Part shown: positions 1 to 12,758 of the stretch, one piece after another
Numbering within the stretch: the first letter of the stretch is position 1
Layout: every line of letters starts with the position of its first letter
Origin: Solirubrobacterales bacterium
GTDB taxonomy: Bacteria > Actinomycetota > Thermoleophilia > Solirubrobacterales > Thermoleophilaceae
Direction: 5' to 3'
NCBI GenBank assembly: GCA_038215095.1
Contig: JBBQRG010000003.1
Location: 170 to 64,169 of the forward strand
DNA: 64,000 nucleotides
The notes under the pieces: generated by a model
What the model was told of the DNA's origin: nothing
The model's database searches: none
What the model saw: only the letters and a program-made list of their open reading frames with translations
Position numbers and translations under genes: made by a program

Positions 1-62
1 CCGCGTCCCTTAGCGAGCGTCCGGGCCGGCGTGCTGCCCGCGGCCACACGTGCCCCCGACGC
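1..62 (-). repeat. Copy of the dispersed ~64-nt GC-rich intergenic repeat, reverse orientation; may extend past the window edge
   Basis: Reverse complement reads GCGTCGGGGGCACGTGTGGCCGCGGGCAGCACGCCGGCCCGGACGCTCGCTAAGGGACGCGG. This is near-identical to 28388-28451 and 13600-13662. It starts 20 nt downstream of the opcA stop. Confidence 0.7.
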
Positions 63-82
63 CACCGGTGGCGGGCCGCTAC

Positions 83-1150
83 TTAGGCGAGCATTTCCCC
101 GGCCGCCGCAAGGGCCGGGCGATAGGCCGGATCGCGCAGCAGGGCCTGGCGGATGCCCTCCCCGAGGATTCCTCCTTCGCCGCGGGAGGCTCCCAGGACG
201 GTCCACTCCGAGTCCGCGCTGTCGCGGGTCGAACGCCGCGCCCTGAGGCCGCCCGTGCCGCGGTCCAGGCTGAGCTTCATGCCGGAGGACGTCTCGAGCG
301 CGACGCCCGCCAGGCCGGGGACGGTCATGCCGTCGTCGGGCTCGAGCTTCAGCTCGATGTCCTGGCGGCGGGAGTGGGCGCGCCCGTGCAGGCCGCCGTT
401 CGTGCCGCTCACCAGGGAGCCCGGCTCCCAGCCGAGGCGCGACGCGAGCCAGCCGAGGAACAGCAGCCCGGCGACGGTCGACGCCGGCTGGTGGCGCACC
501 GTCACGGAGGTCAGGTGCCCAAGCTCCTCGCGCCACTGCGGCGGGTCGAAGCTGGCTGCGATGCGCTCGCGCCAGGGTGTCGAGCGCAGCCAGGCGAGGT
601 CCACCACGTAGGCGCCCTCCGAAAGTTCGCGCGCCCGCGACACGGCCGCCCCCTCGTCGGGCTCGTTCGCCGAGTCCACGAGCACGACCTGCGAGAGCTT
701 GAGCAGCGCGTCGACCGCCTCGGGGTGGCCGTGCGGCGACCACGCCAGCGTGGCGATGTCCGGCACCACGAGCGGGTCCACGATCGAGTCGAGCCCCTTC
801 AGGTGGTCCGTGCCGATGTCGATCACCACGCGCTCGCGCACCAGCGCGTGCTCGCCCATCCGCGCCTCGCCCTCCGAGGTCAGCCCCACCCAGGCGTCGA
901 TCTGCTTGCGCCCCTTCTCGACCGCGCACAGCACGAGCCGCGAGGGGTTGTAGCGGCCCACCCCGTCCAGGCGGTTGTACACCTCGCCGCGCCACTCGCG
1001 GTCCACGACGGCCACCAGGTTGAGCACCCGGGCGGGCGCGTAGGCGTCGTCGCGGGCGTGCTGCTCGATCAGCAGCTTGCGCAACGCCGCGTCGATCGCC
1101 GACGGGGTTGTGTCCTCGGCGCTCCAGACCCCCTCGGCGTCGATCATCAC
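83..1150 (-). CDS. opcA: Glucose-6-phosphate dehydrogenase assembly protein OpcA
   Basis: 355-aa ORF directly after zwf with a 6-nt gap. Length and position match actinobacterial OpcA. GTG-ATG start at 1150/1147. Confidence 0.8.
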   Translation of the reverse strand: MMIDAEGVWSAEDTTPSAIDAALRKLLIEQHARDDAYAPARVLNLVAVVDREWRGEVYNRLDGVGRYNPSRLVLCAVEKGRKQIDAWVGLTSEGEARMGEHALVRERVVIDIGTDHLKGLDSIVDPLVVPDIATLAWSPHGHPEAVDALLKLSQVVLVDSANEPDEGAAVSRARELSEGAYVVDLAWLRSTPWRERIAASFDPPQWREELGHLTSVTVRHQPASTVAGLLFLGWLASRLGWEPGSLVSGTNGGLHGRAHSRRQDIELKLEPDDGMTVPGLAGVALETSSGMKLSLDRGTGGLRARRSTRDSADSEWTVLGASRGEGGILGEGIRQALLRDPAYRPALAAAGEMLA

Positions 1151-1156
1151 CCGCCC

Positions 1157-2686
1157 CTAGATGGCGCGCCAGCGCTGGCCGTCGTCCAGCAGCTTGTCGG
1201 CCTCCTCGGGGCCCTCGGAGCCCGCCGCGTACTTGGGCAGCTCCCCGTCGACCTGCTCCCAGCCCTTCAGGATCGGGTCGCAGATGCGCCACTGCGCCTC
1301 GACCTCGTCGTCGCGCGTGAAGAGGGTGGCGTCGCCGCGCATGGCGTCCGTGATCAGGCGCTCGTAGGCCTCTGGCGACTGCGACAGGAACGAGGTGCCG
1401 TACAGGAACTCCATGTTCACCGGCCGGATGCGCATGCGCGTCCCGGGGATCTTCGCCCCCAGCGACAGCGAGACGCCCTCGTTCGGCTGCATCGTGAGTA
1501 CGAGCTGGTTGGGCTGGACGCCCACCGACCCCTCGGCCTCGAAGGCGAGGTGCGGCACGGGCTTCAGGATCACCGCGATCTCCGTCACCTTGCGCGAGAG
1601 CCGCTTGCCGGTGCGCAGGTAGATCGGCACGCCGGCCCAGCGCCAGTTGTCGACCTTCAGCTTGAGCGACGCGAACGTCTCTGTCCTCGAGTCGTCCGGC
1701 ACGCCGTCCTCCTCGAGGTAGCCGGGCACCTCCTCGCCGCCCACGATCCCGTCCTCATACTGCCCGCGCACCACGATCTCGGGCACGTGCTCGGGTTCCG
1801 GCGGGTGGATCGCGTGCAGCACCTTGACCTTCTCGTCGCGAACGTCGTCCGCGGAGAAGCTCACCGGCGGCTCCATGCACAGCAGCGTGAGCAGCTGGAG
1901 CATGTGGTTCTGCACCAGGTCGCGCAGCGCCCCGGACTGGTCGTAGTACCCGGCGCGGCTGCCGATGCCGATGTCCTCGGCCGAGGTGATCTGCACGTAG
2001 TCGATGAAGTTGCGGTTCCAGATCGGCTCGAACAGGCCGTTCGCGAACCGCAACGCCAGCATGTTCTGGACGGTCTCCTTGCCCAGGTAGTGGTCGATCC
2101 GGAAGACCTGGGTCTCGTCGAGCACCTCCAGCACGGTCTTGTTCAGCTCGCGGGCCTCCTCAAGGTTCGTGCCGAACGGCTTCTCGATTACCACCCTGAC
2201 CTCGGCCTCCTTCTGGTGGTCGAGCTCGTGCTCGCCGAGCTTGCTCACGATCACCGGGAAGAACCCGGGCGCCGTGGAGAGGTAGTAGACGCGGTTGAAC
2301 GTGATCCCCGCGTCCTCGTCGAACTGCGCCGCCTCCTTCTTGACCGTCTCGTAGACCGAGTCGTCGTCGAAGCTGCCCGGGATGTAGCGCATGTTCTCGA
2401 GCAGCTTGTCCAGCACGTCCTCGTTGGGCTCCTGGCGCGAGAACTCCTCGATCGACTCGCGGGCCATCTGCTGGTAGTCCTCGTGCGGCTGGTCGGTGCG
2501 GGCGATGGCGATCAGGTTGAAGCGCTCGGGCAGCGCGCCCTCCTGGGCGAGGTTGTAGATCGCGGGCAGCAGCTTGCGCTTGGCCAGGTCGCCGGTGCCG
2601 CCGAAGATGACCAGCGTGGTCGGGTGGATCGGAACCCGCTCGAGCCCCTCGACGAGGGGGTTCGTCTCCTCCTTGGTGGCCGCCAT
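1157..2686 (-). CDS. zwf: Glucose-6-phosphate 1-dehydrogenase
   Basis: 509 aa starting MAATKEETNPLVEG. NADP motif FGGTGDLAKRKL and active-site motif RIDHYLGKE. The ATG shares one nucleotide with the gnd stop (TGATG). The longer ORF in the track is an Arg/Gly-rich upstream read-through. Confidence 0.95.
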   Translation of the reverse strand: MAATKEETNPLVEGLERVPIHPTTLVIFGGTGDLAKRKLLPAIYNLAQEGALPERFNLIAIARTDQPHEDYQQMARESIEEFSRQEPNEDVLDKLLENMRYIPGSFDDDSVYETVKKEAAQFDEDAGITFNRVYYLSTAPGFFPVIVSKLGEHELDHQKEAEVRVVIEKPFGTNLEEARELNKTVLEVLDETQVFRIDHYLGKETVQNMLALRFANGLFEPIWNRNFIDYVQITSAEDIGIGSRAGYYDQSGALRDLVQNHMLQLLTLLCMEPPVSFSADDVRDEKVKVLHAIHPPEPEHVPEIVVRGQYEDGIVGGEEVPGYLEEDGVPDDSRTETFASLKLKVDNWRWAGVPIYLRTGKRLSRKVTEIAVILKPVPHLAFEAEGSVGVQPNQLVLTMQPNEGVSLSLGAKIPGTRMRIRPVNMEFLYGTSFLSQSPEAYERLITDAMRGDATLFTRDDEVEAQWRICDPILKGWEQVDGELPKYAAGSEGPEEADKLLDDGQRWRAI

Positions 2687-3609
2687 CAGCTCGAGCGTTC
2701 CACCGCGTGTCCGCCGAACTGGTTGCGCAGGGCGGCCAGCACGCGGTTCGAGTAGTCGCCCTCGGCGCGGCTCGTGAAGCGCGCGAACAGCGCCGCGGTG
2801 ATCACCGGCACCGGCGTGTCCTTGTCGATCGCGTCCTCGATCGTCCAGCGCCCCTCGCCGGAGTCGGCCACGTGGCCCTTGATGTCGCTCAGGTCGTTGC
2901 CCTCGGCCTCGAAGGCGCGCGCGGCGAGCTCGCAGAGCCACGAGCGCACCACCGAGCCCTGCATCCAGAGCCGCGCGATCAGCGCGTTGTCGAGCTCGAA
3001 GTCCGACTTCGCGAACAGCTCGAAGCCCTCGGCATAGGCCTGCATCAGGCCGTACTCGACCCCGTTGTGGACCATCTTCACGTAGTGGCCCGAGCCCGAG
3101 GCGCCCATGTGCCCCCAACCGGGACCGAACTCCTCGTTCTCCTTCGGCGCGAGCACGTCGAGGATGGGCGCCAGCCTGTCCACGGCCTCCTGCGGGCCGC
3201 CGACCATCATGCAGTAGCCCACCTCGAGCCCCCAGACGCCGCCCGAGGTGCCCACGTCCACGTAGTGGATGCCCTTCGGCTCGAGCTCCTGGGCGCGCCT
3301 CACGTCGTCGGTGAAGCGGGTGTTGCCGCCGTCCACGATCGTGTCGCCCTCGTCGAGCAGCCCGGCCAGCTCCTGCACGGTCTTCTCGGTGGGGTCGCCG
3401 GCCGGCACCATGATCCAGACGGTGCGCGGGGCCTCGAGCTTGCCCACCAGCTCCTCGAGCGAGCCGGCGCCGGTGGCGCCGTTGCCCTCGGCCTCCTTGA
3501 CGGCGTCCTCGCTGAAGTCGAACGCCACCACCTGATGGTCCGAGTCGCGATGGATGCGATGGACCATGTTCCCGCCCATCTTGCCGAGCCCTATGAAGCC
3601 GAGCTGCAT
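2686..3609 (-). CDS. gnd: 6-phosphogluconate dehydrogenase (decarboxylating), short ~300-aa form
   Basis: 307 aa. Rossmann N-terminus [15 protein letters not shown] and the GHYVKMVHNGVEYG motif. The start overlaps the tal-pgi stop. Confidence 0.9.
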   Translation of the reverse strand: MQLGFIGLGKMGGNMVHRIHRDSDHQVVAFDFSEDAVKEAEGNGATGAGSLEELVGKLEAPRTVWIMVPAGDPTEKTVQELAGLLDEGDTIVDGGNTRFTDDVRRAQELEPKGIHYVDVGTSGGVWGLEVGYCMMVGGPQEAVDRLAPILDVLAPKENEEFGPGWGHMGASGSGHYVKMVHNGVEYGLMQAYAEGFELFAKSDFELDNALIARLWMQGSVVRSWLCELAARAFEAEGNDLSDIKGHVADSGEGRWTIEDAIDKDTPVPVITAALFARFTSRAEGDYSNRVLAALRNQFGGHAVERSS

Positions 3610-6301
3610 CAGGCGAGCTTTCGCACGGCGGCGGCGAGGTCGCCCTCGAGGCGCACCTGGACGGCCGGCAGCCCGTGGTCGCGCAAGGTCTGGAGATCGC
3701 CAATCGCCTGCGCCTTCTTCAGGTGGCCGAACGTGTAGCCGGCCTCCGGGATCTCGACGTCCTCGCCATCCTCGCTCACGAGCTGCACGAACAGCCCCGT
3801 CTTCGGGCCGCCCTTGTGCATCTGGCCCGTGGAGTGCAGGAAGCGCGGCCCGTAGCCGAATGTGGTCGTGGCCTTCGTCTTGTCGCGGATCCGCTCTCTC
3901 AGCTCGGCCACCGCCGCGTCGAACTCCTCCGACGGCTCGACGTAGCCCATGAGCGCCACGTACTGCGGCGGCGCGGCCCGGCCGAGCAGCTCGTCGAGGT
4001 CGCCCGCGTCCACCTCGGGCAGCTCGCCCGCGTCGAGCAGCCTCTTGGTGTTGTCCTTGGCCTCCTGCACGTTCGGCTGGTCGAACGGGTTGATCCCGAG
4101 CACCCAGCCCGTCACCGCCACCGCGAACTCGGCGAAGAAGAACACGCGGCCGAGGTCCGCCGGTCCGTGCGTGCCGAGCGTGATCACCGGCTGGCCCGCG
4201 CGCGCAAGCCCGCGCACCTTGCCGTCGAGCTCCTCGTCGGGCTCGTCCTCGTTCCGGAGGTACACGAACACGCGGTCGTCGCCGTAGTCGTCCGGCTCGC
4301 CGAGCGGCTCGTCGGCCACCGGCAGGATGCCCTTGCCCTCCTTGCCGGTGGACTCTGCGATCAGCTGCTCGACCCAGAGGCCGAAGCTCGCGATCGGGTC
4401 CGACACGACGAAGGTGAGCTTGTCGCGTCCTTGCAGGGCCAGCTCGCCCATCACCACGCCGAGCCAAAGCCCCGAGTTCTTCGCGCTGTCGTCGAAGCTG
4501 TGGCAGTTCTGCTCGGCCACCTGCGCGCTCCCGAGCAGCGCCTTCACGTTCACGCCCGCGAGCGCCGCGGGCACGAGGCCGAACAACGACAGCACCGAGT
4601 AGCGCCCGCCGATGTTCGGGTCGTTCTCGAACACCTTCCGGAAGCCGCGCTCCTTGGCGACGTCCACGAGCGGGCTGCCCGGGTCGGTGACCGCCACGAA
4701 GCGGTCGCCGTCGGAGCCCGAGCGCTCGTAGAAGTAGCGCATGTGCGAGAGCGTCTCCACGGTGCCGCCCGACTTCGAGGACACGATGAAGAGCGTCTTC
4801 TCGAGGTCGAGCTCGCGCTCCAGCGCGAGCACCGCGCCGGGGTCGGTCGAGTCGAGCACGTGCAGCCTCAAGCCGTCGGGGATCTCGCCGAACGAGCGGC
4901 GGATGACCTCCGGGCCGAGACTCGAGCCCCCCATGCCGAGCAGCGCCGCGTCGGTGAAGCCGTCGTTGCGGGCCTGCTCGGCGAACTGCTGCAGCTCGGC
5001 GGCGTGGTCGAGCATCTTGTCGCTGATCGTGAGCCAGCCCAGGCGATCGCCGATCTCCGGCACGCCGGGGCCGCCCCACAGCGACTCGTCGCGCTTCCAC
5101 ACGCGGCTGGCCACATGCTCCTCCAGGGCCTGCTGGACCCGGTCTGCCACGGGCTTCTCCAGCTCGTCGGGCAGCGACGCCTCGATCGTCGGCGGCCGCC
5201 CCGTGAGCGCGCCCTCGCGCGTGCTCTCCACGCTGTCGATCAGGTCGTCGAAGGGCGCGATGAACTTCTCGATGCCCTCGTCGAGCAGCTGCTTCGTGAC
5301 GTCGGTGAGGTCGATGCCGGCGTCCCTCAGGGCCTCGAGCTCGGCGGTGGGGTCCACCTCGGCGGTGTCGGGCTTCACCTCGAGCCCCTCGGCGCAGGCG
5401 TGCAGCGTGTCCATCGGCATCGTGTTCACGGTCTCGCGCCCGATCAGCGTGGCCACGTACTTGGTGTCCTCGTACTGCGGGTCCTTCACGCCCGTCGAGG
5501 CCCACAGCGGGCGCTGCACCGGGCAGCCCGCCTCGCGCAGCTCGGCGAACCGCTCGCCTTCGAAGACCTTCTTGAAGCGCCGGTAGGCCTCGCGCGCGTT
5601 GGCCACCGCCGCGGTGCCGCGCAGATCCTCGCGGCCGAGCTCGGCGAGGCGCTTGTCGACCTCGGTGTCCACGCGCGAGACGAAGAAGCTCGCCACCGAA
5701 CGGACGTCGAGTGACTCGCCGCGCTCCTTGCGCGTCTCCATCGCCTTGACGTAGGCCTCCATCACGTTTTCGTAGGACTCGACAGCGAACAGCAGCGTGA
5801 TGTTGATGTTGATTCCCTCTGTGAGCGCCGCCTCGATGGCCGGGACGCCCTCGTCGGTCGCGGGGATCTTCACCATCAGGTTGGGGCGGTCCACGCGCTT
5901 CCAGAAGTCGCGCGCCTGCTCGAGGGTGCGCTCGCTCTCGTGGGCCGCGGCGGGCTCGACCTCGAGCGACACGAAGCCGTCGCCGCCGTCGGCGTCGTCC
6001 CAGACCGGGCGCAGCACGTCACAAGCCATCTGCACGTCCTTGATGGCCACCTCCTCGAAGATCTCGGCCGCGTCGAGACCCCGGGCGGCGAGCTCGTTGA
6101 TCTGCTCGTCGTAGTCGTCGGAGCCCGCGATGGCCTTCTCGAAGATCGCCGGGTTGGACGTCACGCCGCGCAGCGAGCACTCGTTCACCAGGCGCTCGAG
6201 CTCTCCGCTCGTGATCAGCTTTCGGCGCAGCGAGTCGAGCCACACCGAGGTGCCGGCCTCGGTCAGCGCGACCAGCCGCTCGTTGACTTGTGTTTCGACG
6301 C

Positions 6302-6305
<4 letters not shown>
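3609..6305 (-). CDS. tal-pgi: Bifunctional transaldolase / glucose-6-phosphate isomerase fusion
   Basis: 898 aa. The N-terminal ~365 aa carry transaldolase motifs (SVWLDSL, TSNPAIF, MVKIPAT). The C-terminal part carries PGI/SIS motifs ([23 protein letters not shown]). ATGA overlap with the tkt stop. Confidence 0.9.
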
Positions 6306-8343
<2,038 letters not shown>

Positions 8344-8347
<4 letters not shown>

Positions 8348-9342
8348 CTCGCTCCCTCTGTGGTCGATGCGGTCTCGGCTCCAGTATCGCGGTTGCCCGC
8401 TCGGAGCTCCTGCGCGGCCAGCACGCCGGCTCCGATCAGGCCCGCCTGGGGGCCGCCGCGGGCCAGCCCGATCGTGACGCGCTCCCACAGGGCCGGCAGG
8501 GCCCGCGAGCCGGCCTCCTGCTCGGCGTGCTCGAGGAAGAGGTGGGCCGCGCCCGACAGGCCGCCGCCGATCACGAGCAGCTCGGGCTCGAACACGTTCA
8601 CGAAGCCGGCGATGCCGATGCCCAGCATGCGACCGAAGCGGTCGAAGATCCGCAGCGCGTCGGGGTCGCCCTCGTCGGCGGCCTTGACCACCTCGTGGCC
8701 GGACACCCGCCCGTCCTCGTCGAGCGCGGCGTGCATGCGGCTGTCGGGCCGGTCCTGGGCCAGCTCTGTCGCGTCGCGCTCGAGCGCCTGGCCCGAGCAG
8801 TAGGCCTCGAGACAGCCGTAGTTCGGGCAGTTGCCCGGGCAGGGCGGCCCGTCGGGGTTGATCGAAAAGTGCCCGAGCTCGGCGCCCAGGCCGTTCGCGC
8901 CGCGGAAGATCTTCCCGCCGATCACCACGCCGCCCCCCACCCCTGTGCCGAGCGTGAGCATCACGAGCTCGCTGCTGCCCACCAGGCTCGACTCGGCCAG
9001 CGCGGCGCAGTTGGCGTCGTTGTCCACGAACACGGGGGCGCCGAAGCGGCGGCCCAGCTCCTCGCGCAGCGGGATCCCCGTGAGCGGGATGTTCACGCTG
9101 GTCTCCACGGTCCCGGTGCTGAACTCGATCTGCGAGGGCACCCCCACCCCCACGCCGGCCGGCTGCCCCGCGCTCTCGACCGTCTCCTTGACGCAGGCCT
9201 CGATGCCGTCGAGCAGGGCCTCGGTGCTCGACACGTCGGTGGGGTGCTCCACGACGTCGTGCGCCTCCACGCCGCGCACGGCGCCGACGGCGACCTTGGT
9301 ACCCCCGACGTCCACGCCCAGGACGAGCGGCTCAGAGCTCAC
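8344..9342 (-). CDS. glk: ROK-family glucokinase
   Basis: 332 aa from GTG ([17 protein letters not shown]). ROK zinc motif [33 protein letters not shown] ribosome-binding site. No N-terminal HTH, so a kinase rather than a repressor. Confidence 0.85.
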
Positions 9343-9362
9343 GCCCCACCCCTTCCCCGCCT

Positions 9363-11042
9363 TCAGCGCGAAGCAAGCGTGGAACCCCGCTCCCTGGCCT
9401 CCAGAAGCTCGTGGACCTGCTGGATCACCACGGAGCCCTCGCCCACCGCCGAGGCCACCCTCATGGCCGAGCCCTCGCGCACGTCGCCGACGGCGAAGAC
9501 GCCGGGCATCCCGGTCTCGTGCATGAACGGCGGGCGCTCGCGGGCCCAGAGGCCGGCGGCGAGCAGCGCCGGGCCCGTGAGCACGTAGCCGCTCGGCGAG
9601 CGGGCGATCTCGGCGGGCAGGAGGTCCGTGTGAGGCACGGCGCCGATCATGACGAAGAGCGCGTCGGCGGGGACGGTGACCACCTCGCCCGCGGCGCTGT
9701 CGCGCAGCTCCAGCCGCTCGAGCAGCGCCCCGCCCTGCGCGCCGACCACGCTGGTGCGCAGGCGCACGTCCACGTTGCCCGCACTCTCCAGCTGGTCGCG
9801 CAGGTAGCTCGACATGCTCTGCCGCAGCGAGGCGCGGCGCACGACGAGCGTGACCCGCCGGGCGTGCCGGGCCAGGTGCAGCGCGGTCTGCCCGGCCGAG
9901 TTGCCGCCGCCGACCACGTACACGTGCCTCCCGCCGAGGCCGGCGGCCTCGGAGATCGAGGCCCCGTAGAACACCGACTTGCCAACCAGCGCCTGGAGCG
10001 CCGGCACGTCGAGCCGCCGGTAGCTCACCCCGGTGGCGAGCACGACTGCGGCGGCCGTGGCCTCGCTCCCGTCGGACATGCCCACCACGAACCGGTCGCC
10101 GTCGCCCCGCAGCGACTCCACCTCGCGCATGAGCACGAAGCTCGTGCCGAACATCCACGCCTGCTGATAGGCCTGCTGGGCCAGCTCCGCGCCGCTCACG
10201 CCCTTCGCGAAGCCGAGGTAGTTGCGTATCAGCGCGCTGGCGCCCGCCTGCCCACCGATCGACTCGCGCTCGACCACGAGCGTGCGCAGGCCCTCCGACG
10301 ACGCGTACACGGCGGCCGCGAGCCCGGCCGGCCCCGCGCCCACGATGATCACGTCGAAGTCCTGCGTGGCGTCGAGGCCTGTGCGCACCCCGTAGGAGCG
10401 GGCCAGCTCGGCGTTCGACGGGTCGCTGAGCAGCGTGCCGTCCAGCAGCCGGACGACCGGTCCGCGGCCGTCCGCCTGGCCACCCTCGGCCAGGATCTCC
10501 CGCCCCTCGGCGGAGTCGATCGTGTGGAACGCGTGCGGCACGCCGTTGCGGGCCAGCAGGCTGCGCAGCTCGTGAGCGCGGGCCGACCAGCGCTCGCCCA
10601 CCACGGCGATCTCCTGCGGCGCGGACGTGGTCGCTCGCTGCCACTGGTGCAGGAAGTCCGTGACCGTCTTGTGGAAGAACTCGTCGCGCGGCCGCCAGGG
10701 CTTCAGGACGTAGTAGTCCATCCGCCCGAGCGCGAGCCCCCGCAACATCGCCTCCGCCGTGGCCTTGTCGCCCCACGCGCCCCAGTCCACGAGCATCGCG
10801 CGCTTGGAGTGCGGGTGCAGCTCCTTGGCGCGGGCGAGCAGCTCCTCCCCGGTCAGGTCGGGCATCCACTGGTCCGCGAGCACGAGGGCCACCGGCTCGC
10901 CGGCGTCGCGCATCGCCTCGAGCTTGTCGATCGCTCCGAGCGCCGAGCCCTCGCAGGTCACTCGGTAGTCGCTCCCGTAGCGGCGCTCGAGCTCGCCCCG
11001 AATCCGGTCACGCGCGGCGGTCTCGTCCTCGACGACGAGCAT
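9363..11042 (-). CDS. Response-regulator receiver fused to a thioredoxin-reductase-like FAD/NAD(P) flavoprotein that lacks the CxxC motif
   Basis: Receiver: MLVVEDE, LADQWMPD, VLKPW. Two dinucleotide folds: VIIVGAGPAGLAAAVYA and VYVVGGGNSAGQTA. Start set at the ATG at 11042. The longer ORF start at 11120 would overlap the divergent GMC gene. Confidence 0.8.
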   Translation of the reverse strand: MLVVEDETAARDRIRGELERRYGSDYRVTCEGSALGAIDKLEAMRDAGEPVALVLADQWMPDLTGEELLARAKELHPHSKRAMLVDWGAWGDKATAEAMLRGLALGRMDYYVLKPWRPRDEFFHKTVTDFLHQWQRATTSAPQEIAVVGERWSARAHELRSLLARNGVPHAFHTIDSAEGREILAEGGQADGRGPVVRLLDGTLLSDPSNAELARSYGVRTGLDATQDFDVIIVGAGPAGLAAAVYASSEGLRTLVVERESIGGQAGASALIRNYLGFAKGVSGAELAQQAYQQAWMFGTSFVLMREVESLRGDGDRFVVGMSDGSEATAAAVVLATGVSYRRLDVPALQALVGKSVFYGASISEAAGLGGRHVYVVGGGNSAGQTALHLARHARRVTLVVRRASLRQSMSSYLRDQLESAGNVDVRLRTSVVGAQGGALLERLELRDSAAGEVVTVPADALFVMIGAVPHTDLLPAEIARSPSGYVLTGPALLAAGLWARERPPFMHETGMPGVFAVGDVREGSAMRVASAVGEGSVVIQQVHELLEARERGSTLASR

Positions 11043-11105
11043 CACGGGCCTTACCGGGTCCGAGCGCGAGGGAGCCAATTCGGGTTCATGCGATCGTACC
11101 GGTGC

Positions 11106-12695
11106 ATGGCGGAGCCGCATGACTATGTGATCGTCGGGGCGGGGTCGGCGGGCTGCGTGCTCGCCAACAGGCTCACCGCCCGGGGCGCGCGCGTGCTGCT
11201 GATCGAGGCCGGCGGCAGCGACCGCAAGCTGCCGGTGAAGGCGCCGGTGGCGTTCCCCGAGCTGTTCCAGGGCCCGAATGACTGGAACTACGTGTCAGAG
11301 CCCGAGCCCGGACTGTACGGGCGGCGCTGGTACCTGCCGCGCGCGCGGATGCTCGGCGGCTGCTCCTCGATGAACACGATGCTCTACGTGCGGGGCAACC
11401 GGGCGGACTACGACGGCTGGGCGGCCGACCACGGCGCCACGGGCTGGAGCTACGACGAGGTGCTGCCGCTGTTCAAGCGCTCCGAGCGAAACGCCGAGCT
11501 CTCCGACTCCTTCCACGGAACGCAGGGCGAGATGCACATCACGGGCCGCCGCTGGCTGTCCAAGCACTGGCAGCCGTTCGTGGACTCGGCCGCGGCGGCG
11601 GGCGTCGAGCGAAACGACGATTGCAACGGCGCGCGGCAGGACGGAGCCGGGCTGCTCCAAACCACCACGAAGGGCGGACGCCGCTTCAGCGCCGCCGACG
11701 CGTTCCTGCGCCCGGCGAAGGGCCGGGACGAGCTGGACGTGGTCGCCAAGGCGCTCGTGACCCGCGTCGTGCTCGAGCGGGGGCGTGCGGTGGGCGTCGA
11801 GTACGAGCAGGGCGGGAAGTCGCACACAGCGCGCGCCGGGCGCGAGGTGATCCTCTCCGCCGGCGCCTACGCCTCGCCCCAGCTCCTGATGCTGTCCGGG
11901 GTGGGTCCCGCCGACGACCTGCGCGAGCACGGGATCGAGCCGCTGGTGGACTCGCCGAACGTGGGGCGGCACCTGATGGAGCATCCGATGGCCTTCGTGA
12001 ACTGGCGCACGCGCGCGAGCGGCACGCTCGACGACGCGGCCGACCCCCGCCACCTGCTGCCCTGGCTCGTTGCGGGGAAGGGCAAGCTCTCCTCGACGGT
12101 GGCCGAGGCGGCGGTGCACTGGCGCTCCGAGCCCGGCCTGCCGGCGCCGGACTTCCAGATGCTGTTCGCGCCGGTCTACTTCTGGGAGCACGGCTTTCGC
12201 AAGACAGGCACGCCGGCGCTCACGATCGGCGCCGCCTACATCCGGCCCCGGAGCCGCGGCTCGGTGCGGCTGCGCTCCGCCGACCCGGCGGACCACCCGC
12301 GCATCACCAACAACTCGCTCACCTCCCAGGGCGAGGTCGAGGCCTTCATGCGCGCACTGGAGCTGATTCGCGAGATCGCATCACGGCCGCCGCTCTCGGG
12401 GCTCCTCGAGGAGGAGCTGAACCCCGGCATCTCGCTGCAGGGGGCCGACGACCTCACCTCCTGGCTCCGCGCCACGGCCGAGCACGAGTACCACCCCTCC
12501 TGCACTTGCCGGATCGGCTCGCCGGAGAGCGGCGTGGTGGACGCCGAGCTGCGCGTGCACGGCGTGGAGGGGCTGCGCGTGGCCGACGCGTCGGTCATGC
12601 CGAGGGTCACGTCGGGGAACACGCACGCGCCCACCGTGATGATCGGCGAGCGCTGCGCGGACCTCGTGACCGGTGAGACTAACTCGAGCGGATAA
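11106..12695 (+). CDS. GMC-family FAD oxidoreductase (choline dehydrogenase-like)
   Basis: 529 aa from MAEPHDYVIVGAGSAGCVLANRL. C-terminal catalytic region EYHPSCTCRIG. The upstream part of the track ORF is antisense to the receiver-flavoprotein gene and was discarded. Confidence 0.9.
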   Translation: MAEPHDYVIVGAGSAGCVLANRLTARGARVLLIEAGGSDRKLPVKAPVAFPELFQGPNDWNYVSEPEPGLYGRRWYLPRARMLGGCSSMNTMLYVRGNRADYDGWAADHGATGWSYDEVLPLFKRSERNAELSDSFHGTQGEMHITGRRWLSKHWQPFVDSAAAAGVERNDDCNGARQDGAGLLQTTTKGGRRFSAADAFLRPAKGRDELDVVAKALVTRVVLERGRAVGVEYEQGGKSHTARAGREVILSAGAYASPQLLMLSGVGPADDLREHGIEPLVDSPNVGRHLMEHPMAFVNWRTRASGTLDDAADPRHLLPWLVAGKGKLSSTVAEAAVHWRSEPGLPAPDFQMLFAPVYFWEHGFRKTGTPALTIGAAYIRPRSRGSVRLRSADPADHPRITNNSLTSQGEVEAFMRALELIREIASRPPLSGLLEEELNPGISLQGADDLTSWLRATAEHEYHPSCTCRIGSPESGVVDAELRVHGVEGLRVADASVMPRVTSGNTHAPTVMIGERCADLVTGETNSSG

Positions 12696-12758
12696 CGGGT
12701 AGAAAGCGCGGCGATATTCTCCCGCGCGCGCACACGAGCCGCCGCCCTGGTTGTCGCC

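Noticed and set aside
50-2755. Very long ORFs (for example 901 aa at 50-2755 +, 1094 aa at 9411-12695 + upstream of 11106, 485 aa at 22638-24095 -, 716 aa at 40163-42313 +, 641 aa at 47812-49737 +) and many 60-400-aa ORFs overlapping annotated genes
   Set aside because: They lie antisense or off-frame to genes with clear family motifs. Their compositions are Arg/Ala/Gly/Pro/His-rich and they carry no motifs. Long open frames like these are the expected artefact of very GC-rich DNA.
11043-11120. Longer N-terminus for the receiver-flavoprotein (ORF start at 11120)
   Set aside because: It would overlap the divergent GMC oxidoreductase start (11106) and add 26 Arg/Pro/Ser-rich residues before the canonical receiver beginning MLVVEDE. 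The ATG at 11042 is preferred.
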